Assembly: GCA_017463405.1 (NCBI GenBank)
Contig: JAFTPJ010000003.1
Coordinates: 56,103 to 120,102 of the forward strand
DNA: 64,000 nt
Reading direction: 5' to 3'
From: Clostridia bacterium
GTDB lineage: Bacteria > Bacillota > Clostridia > Oscillospirales > CAG-272
Part shown: one piece after another, positions 36,919 through 44,495 of the stretch
Layout of the letters: every line of letters begins with the position of its first letter
How positions within the stretch are numbered: position 1 is the stretch's first letter
Position numbers and translations under genes: made by a program
The notes under the pieces: generated by a model
Told to the model about the DNA's origin: nothing
Databases searched by the model: none
The model's input: only the letters and a program-made list of their open reading frames with translations

Positions 36919-37701
36919 TTATTTGGAAGAGCGATATTTTTTGACGAACTGTGTCGGCGTGATGCCCATATACTCCTTGAACTGGCGGCTGAAGAAGTAC
37001 ACGTCGGAAAAATTGCAAAGCTCGGCGATCTGTGTCACGGTATACCGTTCCAGGCGCAACAGCTCACACGCGTGGTTGATTTTGAGTTGAATGATATATT
37101 TTCGAGGTGGAACACCGTATTTTTCCTTGAACAGTCTTTGAAAATACGATTCTCCGAACCCACACATGGCGGCAAGTTCTTCTACCGAAAAATCTCTTTG
37201 CAAAAACGAATTGTGAATTTCATTGACCGCAGGTCGGATTTTCATCCAATGTTGTCCCGGTACATCGTTGCTACGTTGCATTTCCGCAAATATTTTATAA
37301 AGTAAGGAAACCGATTCAAAATAATAGCCTTCGTTTTTGCCTACCCACGTGGAAAATAACTTTTTGAAAAGCGTGCCGAGCTTTTCGTTCTGTGCGACGT
37401 CGATCACAAAGGCACGCGGTGAGATAGGACGGTCGACTTGAAAGAAGACATCAATACATTCACCTCGTTCATAACGAAACACATCGTATCTTTTTGTGCG
37501 TCCTTTTGGCAAAAACCGGATCGTGTTTGGCTTGGTCTCCAGCGTCAGATCATCAAAAAACACCATTGCGTGTCCCGAAAAGTGAAAAATCAACTCGTTG
37601 TAGCGAATGTCGCCTGAAAAGGAGGTTTTTTGCTCCGGATACTCTTCTTTTCCAATCATTACAACGCGGTTTATTTCGGTAACAACAAATTTTTCTCCCA
37701 T
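36919..37701 (-). CDS. AraC-family transcriptional regulator, divergent from GRE operon 1
   Basis: ORF track 36919..37776. The start is probably ATG 37701 (MGEKFVVTEI). The C-terminal HTH is ...ESYFQRLFKEKYGVPPRKYIIQLKINHACELLRLERYTVTQIAELCNFSDVYFFSRQFKEYMGITPTQF. Confidence 0.85.
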   Translation of the reverse strand: MGEKFVVTEINRVVMIGKEEYPEQKTSFSGDIRYNELIFHFSGHAMVFFDDLTLETKPNTIRFLPKGRTKRYDVFRYERGECIDVFFQVDRPISPRAFVIDVAQNEKLGTLFKKLFSTWVGKNEGYYFESVSLLYKIFAEMQRSNDVPGQHWMKIRPAVNEIHNSFLQRDFSVEELAAMCGFGESYFQRLFKEKYGVPPRKYIIQLKINHACELLRLERYTVTQIAELCNFSDVYFFSRQFKEYMGITPTQFVKKYRSSK

Positions 37702-37793
37702 ATCATCACCCTGTCTTATTATACCATCTCTCTCCGGTTTTGTCAACCTATATATTTTTTGTGCGGAAAAGTACAAAACGAGAGATTTGTCTA

Positions 37794-37821
37794 TTTACAT
37801 TTTTCGTCTTTGTGCTATACT
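37794..37821 (+). promoter_or_regulatory. Putative promoter of GRE operon 1
   Basis: TTTACA (37794..37799), a 16-nt spacer ending in TGC, then TATACT (37816..37821). It lies about 30 nt upstream of the GGAGG RBS and ATG 37853. Confidence 0.45.
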
Positions 37822-37852
37822 GACGCTACAGAAACTGTTGTGGAGGTAGAAT

Positions 37853-39973
37853 ATGACTGAAAGAATTGCCAAGCTGACAGCCCTGACCCTGTCGGGGCAG
37901 ATGTATGCTACGCCTGTAGCAACGACCTATGATGAAGCTGATCGTCTGTTATCGAGACAGCACATGGAGTCCAAGCGGATTTGCGAATATATTTTGAATC
38001 AAGAGCCCAAGCTGACCGAATATTCATGTATGACAGGATTTTTTAACTTTGACGGAAGCGTTGTGGGGGATGCCTTTCGGCGCGGAGGACACAAGGCAAC
38101 ACAAGAAGCCTTCAAGCTCTTTTATTTGAAGCCCATCGATCATCTTTCCACCATGGAATGGCAGCACGCGACTGCCGACTACACCAAAATACTCAAAAAA
38201 GGGATCCGCGGAATCATTGGTGAGATCGACGCATCGTTGGAGGTGCACAGTGATCCCGAGCAGACGGAATTTTTGACGGCGCTTCGCCGTGTGGCGAATG
38301 CTTTGATCGCGTGGGCACACAAATGCTCGGATCGTGCGTTGGAGCAATCCCGAAAGATTGAGGTCGAAGAATACCGCAAAAATCTTGTAAGGCTTTCAAA
38401 GGCGTTGAAAAGGGTTCCCGAAAATGCTCCCGAGACCTTCTATGAGGCAATTCTTTGTATCTACGTCTGCTTTTCTGCCGATCCCGACAGCATCGGAACG
38501 CTTGACAGATATTTATATCCTTTTTATCAAAGAGATATGGCAAACGGAACACTCACCAAGGAAGCGGCAACAGAATATTTGCAGGAGCTTTTTCTGATGC
38601 TGCAGGCGGCAACGAGCATCACGTCTCCGCATTTCACCCGCGGCGGCGAATCCCATTTTTGCATCGGGGGCTATTTGCCGAGCGGAGAGGACGGCTTCAC
38701 CGAGCTTTCTCAATTGATCGTCGAGAGTATGATCGCGCTTCCCACTTATATTCCGCAGGTCACTTTGCGCTGGACAAAGAAAACGTCTCGCGAGGTATTT
38801 CGTTTTATGCTCGACTGCGAGAGACGCGATCCGCATAAGCGTATTGCCTTCCAAAATGACGAAAAGCGCATCAAGGCTTACACCGAGATCTGCCATATCC
38901 CGTTTGAGAAGGCAGTGGGCTATACCACGGTCGGCTGCAACGAGCCTGCCTTTCTTGGGGCGATCATCGGCAGCAATTCCAAGATCAATTTCGTACATCC
39001 GTTGGAAACGGTTTTTCACCAAAAGTCGGATCGGATCGAATCCGCAAACAGCTACGACGAATTTTTTGACGTGTTTAAAAGCGAGCTGTTTTCCGATCTT
39101 ACCCGCGCATATGAATACGACGATTTTTACAACAAGCAACGCGCGCAGGATATCAACTATATTTCCAGTCTTGTGTTCAACGACTGCATCCAAAATGCGA
39201 AATCCTTGACGCAGGGTGGCGGAAATACTGCCATTTCCGCGCCCATGTGCCTTGGCATCACCAACGTGATCGATTCACTTTGCGTGGTCATGCAATTTGT
39301 TTTTGACGAGCAGATCTTTACCATGCGGGAGCTGATCTCCGCTCTGCAAGCAAATTGGCAGGGATATGAGGACATGCGCACCGTAATTCTCAAAAAGGGA
39401 AAATTCTTTGGAAATGACGATGAAACATCCAATTACGTTGCGCAAAGGCTTTATCGGGAATTGTACGAATTTTTGAAGGAGAAGACCAATCTTTTCGGCT
39501 ACCACATTCTGATCGGTGATCTTTTGGGCTACAATATTCATCACAAATGGTTTGGAGAGCATACGAAGGCGACTCCCGACGGAAGATTTTGGGGGGACAG
39601 CTTGAAATTCGGTCTCGGACAAAGCGAGGGGCGCGATCGCGAGGGATTGTCCGCGCTTCTCAATTCCATTGCAAAGGTTGATCCCAACGGCATTGGTTGC
39701 GGCTCTACCGTCACCAATATTACGCTCGATGAGCAGCTGATCAAAAATGATGACAATTTTGAAAAGACGGTCGATCTGCTTCTGACGTATTTTCAAAACG
39801 GTGGTGTGCATTTTCAATTGACCTACGTCTCCAAGGACGATCTGCGGCAAGCGAAATGTACCCCAGAGGACTACAAGCATCTGCGTGTTCGCGTCACGGG
39901 ATTTTCGGATTATTTCGTCAAGTTGAACGAAGCCATTCAGGACGACATTATTGCAAGGACGGAGCAAAGATGA
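37853..39973 (+). CDS. Glycyl radical enzyme 1 (PFL2/dehydratase-eliminase type, short, function unknown)
   Basis: 706 aa. The Cys loop is TTVGCNEPAF (Cys362 at 38936..38938, Glu364). The C-terminal glycyl-radical fingerprint is HLRVRVTGFSDYF (Gly683 at 39899..39901). Confidence 0.85.
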   Translation: MTERIAKLTALTLSGQMYATPVATTYDEADRLLSRQHMESKRICEYILNQEPKLTEYSCMTGFFNFDGSVVGDAFRRGGHKATQEAFKLFYLKPIDHLSTMEWQHATADYTKILKKGIRGIIGEIDASLEVHSDPEQTEFLTALRRVANALIAWAHKCSDRALEQSRKIEVEEYRKNLVRLSKALKRVPENAPETFYEAILCIYVCFSADPDSIGTLDRYLYPFYQRDMANGTLTKEAATEYLQELFLMLQAATSITSPHFTRGGESHFCIGGYLPSGEDGFTELSQLIVESMIALPTYIPQVTLRWTKKTSREVFRFMLDCERRDPHKRIAFQNDEKRIKAYTEICHIPFEKAVGYTTVGCNEPAFLGAIIGSNSKINFVHPLETVFHQKSDRIESANSYDEFFDVFKSELFSDLTRAYEYDDFYNKQRAQDINYISSLVFNDCIQNAKSLTQGGGNTAISAPMCLGITNVIDSLCVVMQFVFDEQIFTMRELISALQANWQGYEDMRTVILKKGKFFGNDDETSNYVAQRLYRELYEFLKEKTNLFGYHILIGDLLGYNIHHKWFGEHTKATPDGRFWGDSLKFGLGQSEGRDREGLSALLNSIAKVDPNGIGCGSTVTNITLDEQLIKNDDNFEKTVDLLLTYFQNGGVHFQLTYVSKDDLRQAKCTPEDYKHLRVRVTGFSDYFVKLNEAIQDDIIARTEQR

Positions 39974-40103
39974 TATGCAAGACCGAATACACGATTATAT
40001 ACAAGGACACAAAAGAGAAATCATTGATACCTTAAAGAAACTAATCGCAATTCCATCTGTAAGAGGTGAGTCGGAAGAAAATGCGCCCTTTGGCTGAGAA
40101 TGT

Positions 40104-41384
40104 ATGCGGGTGCTTGAATTTACGCAGAATCTATACGAAAGCAACGGCTTTGATACCGAGCTTGACGCAGAGGGTGGTTATCTGCTATCGTATTATGGGG
40201 AAGGAAAAAAGAGCCTCGGCTTATTTGCTCATGCTGACGTTGTGCCTGTCGGTGACGACTGGATCTTGACTTCTCCATTTGAACCAATCGAAAAGGACGG
40301 CTATATCATTGGCAGAGGTGCTATCGATGACAAATCTGCCGTGGTTACCTCGCTGTTCTGCGCAAGGATGCTGAAGGAGCTGAGGATTCCGTTTGGTTCA
40401 CGCTTGGTGATGTTTACGGGCGCGGCGGAAGAAAGTGGAATGGGAGACATTAAAAATTACCTAAAAGCACATACCCCACCCGATTTTTCTTTGATAGCAG
40501 ATACGGCATTTCCTCTTTATAGGGGAAATAAAGGCAGAATCTTATTGAAAGCTACCAAAAATTCAGCCATCGGCGAATTGAAAAGTTTTATAGGAGGAAA
40601 GGCAGGCTCAAACGTCGCCGAGGCAACGGTAAGGCTGAAATACTTTCCTACGCTCTACGAGAGGTTGAAAACAAAGGAAAATGAACGAATATCCGTAAAA
40701 AACGAAAATGACGAGATCGTGATTTCCGCTGTCGGTGTGGGTAAGCATACAGCCTTGCCCGAAGGATCGATCAACGCCGCCGCTTTGATCGCGGAGGTGC
40801 TTTGCACGTGCGAGCTTCTTTCGGACGATACTCGCGAAATCTTACGGTTTATTCGCGATGTCTGTTCGGACTACTACGGTACCTGTCTTGGTATTGAGAA
40901 TGATGACACCGAATTTGGCAGGCTTACCTTTGTAAATTACCAAATCAACGCGGATGAGAGCTCGATCGAGCTGTATTTCAATATCCGTCACGGTCTTGGC
41001 ATCAGCCGATCCGAAATAAAAGAACGCTTGACCGCCGCGGTTGAGCAAAGAGGTTTTGCGCTTGCGTTCTTGGACGCCTCCGATCCTCATATCGTACCCG
41101 AGGATCATCCTATGTTATGCGCATTGATGGACGTATATATAAAATATACGGGAAAGACCAACGCGGAAATGTATGTGAACGCGGGCGGTACTTATGCGCA
41201 GCTTTTGCCTTGCGCCGCAGAAATCGGCACGTCGATCGGCGGCGAAGAGCGCACGCTTGATTTGCCGCAAGGTCATGGAAGCGTGCATCAACCTGATGAA
41301 TGTATCAGCATTGACGGGTTATTGAACGCTATCGAATTAACAATGCTTATGCTACTCGGATGTGATAAGCAACAGGAGGATTGA
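40104..41384 (+). CDS. M20-family metallopeptidase (PepV/DapE/ArgE-like); the N-terminal 43 codons are cut off by an in-frame TGA (full frame 39975..41384)
   Basis: Metal and catalytic motifs are LGLFAHADVVPVGDDW, GRGAIDDKSAV and FTGAAEESGMGD. Upstream and in the same frame, ATG 39975 gives MQDRIHDYIQGHKREIIDTLKKLIAIPSVRGESEENAPFG-TGA(40095..40097)-ECM(40104)RVLEF. That sequence is the normal N-terminus of this family. Confidence 0.75.
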   Translation: MRVLEFTQNLYESNGFDTELDAEGGYLLSYYGEGKKSLGLFAHADVVPVGDDWILTSPFEPIEKDGYIIGRGAIDDKSAVVTSLFCARMLKELRIPFGSRLVMFTGAAEESGMGDIKNYLKAHTPPDFSLIADTAFPLYRGNKGRILLKATKNSAIGELKSFIGGKAGSNVAEATVRLKYFPTLYERLKTKENERISVKNENDEIVISAVGVGKHTALPEGSINAAALIAEVLCTCELLSDDTREILRFIRDVCSDYYGTCLGIENDDTEFGRLTFVNYQINADESSIELYFNIRHGLGISRSEIKERLTAAVEQRGFALAFLDASDPHIVPEDHPMLCALMDVYIKYTGKTNAEMYVNAGGTYAQLLPCAAEIGTSIGGEERTLDLPQGHGSVHQPDECISIDGLLNAIELTMLMLLGCDKQQED

Positions 41385-42536
41385 ATGATGAAGCTTTTAT
41401 TTACGGGCGATATCAATTTCAGAGGACTTCCGGAACCAAACCCCGAAATGTGCGCCGATATTCTTGCAGAGGTGCTGCCGTATTTTGAAATGGCAGATTT
41501 TCGTATTGTCAATTTGGAAACACCTCTTGCAGACAAGGAAAAGCACACGCCTATCAAAAAATCGGGTCCCAACTTAATATGTGACCCGAGCAACATTCTG
41601 TTTTTAGAAACACTCAACGTCGACGTTTGCACACTTGCCAACAATCACACGGGTGACTTTGGCGAAGGTGCGGTTATTGACACGTTAAAGCTTCTTGACA
41701 CACATAATATACGGTACTGCGGTGCGGGCGCAAATATAGAACGCGCGTACGATGCTTGCCGCTTGGAGAAGGACGGCGTATCGGTGTCTTTGATTTCTGT
41801 ATGTGAGAACGAATTTGGTATGGCAACCGAAATTACCTACGGCTCGGCCGGATACAATGCAAGATTACTCATGAATAAAATCCGGCAAGAGAAGGAAGTG
41901 TCTGATGCTGTCATCGTTGTTTTTCACGGAGGAAACGAGTTCAATCCCTTGCCATCACCCGACACACAGGACAGATATCGCTTGATTTGCGATATGGGAG
42001 CCGATGCGGTGATTGCGGGACATACACATTGTCCGCAAGGATACGAAGTATATGACGGTAAGCCCATCATATACAGCATGGGGAATTTCTTGTTCAAAAG
42101 CAGCACCGAGCGTTCCGCAAACGATTCGTGGTACTACGGATATATGGCAGAGCTTGAAGTGATGAAATCAACCGTTGATTTTAATATTATACCTTACAGA
42201 TTTGATCTCGATGTCACAAGAATCAGTGTATTTGAGGGCGAGGATAAACAAAAAATGATCGGATACGTTGATGAGCTATCCAGCATTGTTCGCTCCCCGA
42301 ATTTGCTGGACCACTATTTTTGCGGTTGGTCATATCTGCACAAATGGATTCCGATAGCGCCTTCGGATTATTTTAATTTGGCAGAATATAACAGTGCAGG
42401 ACACTACAATTTGATCTGCTGTGAATCGCACTTGAGCCAAGCGAAAAAGGTCTTTGAATTTTGCTTTTTTGACCGTTTGGAAGAAGCAAAAGAGTGGGCA
42501 GAAAAGATCACCGGGCTTACGAGGATGCCGATATGA
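41385..42536 (+). CDS. CapA/PGA_cap-family metallophosphoesterase-like protein
   Basis: 383 aa. LLFTGDINFRG, VNLETPL, TLANNHTGDFG, VVFHGGNEF and AGHTHCPQGYEVY are present. The start abuts the M20 stop (41384/41385). Confidence 0.75.
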   Translation: MMKLLFTGDINFRGLPEPNPEMCADILAEVLPYFEMADFRIVNLETPLADKEKHTPIKKSGPNLICDPSNILFLETLNVDVCTLANNHTGDFGEGAVIDTLKLLDTHNIRYCGAGANIERAYDACRLEKDGVSVSLISVCENEFGMATEITYGSAGYNARLLMNKIRQEKEVSDAVIVVFHGGNEFNPLPSPDTQDRYRLICDMGADAVIAGHTHCPQGYEVYDGKPIIYSMGNFLFKSSTERSANDSWYYGYMAELEVMKSTVDFNIIPYRFDLDVTRISVFEGEDKQKMIGYVDELSSIVRSPNLLDHYFCGWSYLHKWIPIAPSDYFNLAEYNSAGHYNLICCESHLSQAKKVFEFCFFDRLEEAKEWAEKITGLTRMPI

Positions 42537-43369
42537 TATTAAAAGCAACGATTTTCGATATCCAAAGAAATTCCTACGTCGACGGTCCCGGTATTCGTAC
42601 GACGGTGTTTTTCAAGGGGTGTAATCTGCGCTGCGCGTGGTGCCACAATCCCGAAAGCCAAAGTCACAAGCCGCAGATGCTGTTTTATAAGAACAAGTGT
42701 ACGGGGTGCGGAAAATGCAAGGAAAAATGCCCAAATGCACTTGAAAAATGTGAGCTTTGCGGCAAATGTACCATTTACTGTCTGCACGACGCTCGAGAGA
42801 TCTGCGGAAAGGAATACACGGTCGATGCAGTGCTCCGCGAGATTGTTAAGGATAAGAACTTCTATGAAACCTCGGGGGGCGGAGTGACCTTTTCGGGCGG
42901 GGAATGTATGCTGCAGATCGATTTTCTTACCGAGATTTTGAAGGCGTGTAAAGGAAACGGCATCCATACCGCCGTGGATACCGCAGGACACGTGCCGTAT
43001 GAGCAATTTGAGAGAATCATACCATACACCGATCTGTTTCTCTATGACGTTAAATGCTTTGACAGTGAAAAGCACAAGCAATATACAGGCGTCGGAAACG
43101 AATTGATACTTGAAAATCTGAAAAGGTTACTCGTCGCTGACAAGCCCGTATGGGTGCGGATTCCGATCATTCCCACGGTGAACGATACGGTGGAAGAAAT
43201 ACAAAGGATCAAAGGATGCGTTTGCTCCGGCGGTGCTCCCGAAAAGATCGAGCTTCTCCCGTATCACGCCATGGGAGAGCATAAATATGCCGCGCTTGGG
43301 CGTGTAGAGCCGGTGTTTTCCGTGCCGGAGGCAGATGAAATCGGGAAATTGAGGGACATCTTTTTATAA
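42533..43369 (+). CDS. Glycyl-radical-enzyme activating enzyme 1 (radical SAM)
   Basis: ORF track 42494..43369. I trimmed the start to ATG 42533, which overlaps the CapA-like stop as ATGA. Motifs are GIRTTVFFKGCNLRCAWCHNPES (CxxxCxxC), the ferredoxin-like clusters CTGCGKCKEKCP...CELCGKCTIYC, and GGGVTFSGGE. Confidence 0.9.
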   Translation: MILKATIFDIQRNSYVDGPGIRTTVFFKGCNLRCAWCHNPESQSHKPQMLFYKNKCTGCGKCKEKCPNALEKCELCGKCTIYCLHDAREICGKEYTVDAVLREIVKDKNFYETSGGGVTFSGGECMLQIDFLTEILKACKGNGIHTAVDTAGHVPYEQFERIIPYTDLFLYDVKCFDSEKHKQYTGVGNELILENLKRLLVADKPVWVRIPIIPTVNDTVEEIQRIKGCVCSGGAPEKIELLPYHAMGEHKYAALGRVEPVFSVPEADEIGKLRDIFL

Positions 43370-43383
43370 CAAATAAAGGGAAA

Positions 43384-43422
43384 GGCAATATCAGACCGAT
43401 TTAGGGGCGGGGCGATATTGTC
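43384..43422. terminator. Degenerate member 'd' of the GGCAATATCA hairpin family (start of direct-repeat copy 1)
   Basis: GGCAATATCAgaccgatttaggggcggggcGATATTGTC. It aligns base-for-base with member 'e' at 47613, with several substitutions. Confidence 0.5.
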
Positions 43423-43431
43423 TTTGTTCTT

Positions 43432-43612
43432 TCACTGCGCCATCATTGGCATATTGACCAGCATATTTTCGAGGAAGATGCCGTAGCCCGTGGTCGGGGC
43501 GTTGATCAGTACATGGTGTGACCATATTCCGCTTCGCTCTATGGTAAGCTTGTTTTACAAGCATTGCGCGCCGGCGAGTTTGCTGTTTTGAATGATGGGC
43601 GAGCCCGACAGA
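43432..43612 (-). pseudogene. Orphan, frameshifted copy of the 3' end of spoIVB (last ~45-55 codons)
   Basis: 43437..43498 is identical over 62 nt to 47667..47728, the spoIVB C-terminal codons ...TTGYGIFLENMLVNMPMMA. The TGA is retained at 43434..43432. A 1-nt indel and a ~45-nt insertion (about 43524..43567) break the frame. Homology resumes at roughly 80% identity up to ~43612. Confidence 0.8.
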
Positions 43613-43619
43613 TGTGTGG

Positions 43620-44495
43620 TTAATAGAGGACAACAAATTTTGTGATGTTTTGAATCAATTTTCCTGCCTTTTCAAGATCTGCATTGTTGGGTAATTTTGG
43701 GGGCAACGTGTTTTGAATATCCAATGCACTATATTTGCCATCGGCGTAATCGTGATAGGATAAAAGCCGTATTTTTTTGATATTCCTGAAGGGGGATAAG
43801 AATTTTGCGATTTTTTCCATTTGATCATCGTTATATTCGGGAACGTACGGAATACGGATCTCGATATTAGACCCTATGTCGTCCAAAAATTTGAGATTTT
43901 CCAATATGATCTTGTTTGACTTTCCGGTGCATCGGATATGCGCGTCCTCGTCGTATGCCTTGAGGTCATATAGAAACGTATCGGCATAGGGCAAAATTCG
44001 CTCAAAGGACTTGCGTGGCGCAAAACCGCAGGTATCTATGGCAATATTAACACCGTGTTTCTTTAATTTCCTTGCGATTTCTATGCAAAGCTCGACCTGC
44101 AAAAGCGGTTCTCCACCGGAAAAGGTTACGCCGCCGCCCGAGCCCTTGAAAAACATTTCATCCCGTAGCAGTTCCGTAGCAATATCTCTCGCGGTTCTAT
44201 CCTCGCCGTATATCAGAAACGCATTCCTTGGGCAACAGTCGATGCATCTTCCGCAAAGCGTGCATGCTTCGCGGTCAAAAATATGTATACCGTCGGAAAG
44301 ATTGTTTGCGGAGCACAATTCCGTACATATTCCACAGTCTGTGCAAAGATTTTGAAAAAAGGCGATTTGCCGTTGCATACCGAATGATTCCGGATTATGA
44401 CACCATTTGCAACGGAGAGGGCAGCCCTTAAAAAACAGAGTAGTGCGTATTCCGTCTCCGTCATGCGTTTCAAAGCGTTTGATGGCAAATATCAT
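43620..44495 (-). CDS. Glycyl-radical-enzyme activating enzyme 2 (radical SAM)
   Basis: 291 aa. Motifs are GIRTTLFFKGCPLRCKWCHNPES, the clusters CTDCGICTELC...CTLCGRCIDCCP, and GGGVTFSGGE. The start overlaps the GRE2 stop (ATGA, 44492..44495). Confidence 0.9.
   Translation of the reverse strand: MIFAIKRFETHDGDGIRTTLFFKGCPLRCKWCHNPESFGMQRQIAFFQNLCTDCGICTELCSANNLSDGIHIFDREACTLCGRCIDCCPRNAFLIYGEDRTARDIATELLRDEMFFKGSGGGVTFSGGEPLLQVELCIEIARKLKKHGVNIAIDTCGFAPRKSFERILPYADTFLYDLKAYDEDAHIRCTGKSNKIILENLKFLDDIGSNIEIRIPYVPEYNDDQMEKIAKFLSPFRNIKKIRLLSYHDYADGKYSALDIQNTLPPKLPNNADLEKAGKLIQNITKFVVLY

Noticed and set aside
25947-40097. The idea that in-frame TGA is read as Trp/Gly (code 4/25) or selenocysteine.
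   Set aside because: TGA terminates several genes at family-typical lengths, including 6498..7298, 21750..22628, 28366..29070, spoIVB, GRE1 and the importer ATPase. One TGA-containing gene also has a frameshift. I saw no convincing SECIS-like hairpin after 40097. I kept this only as a low-priority check.
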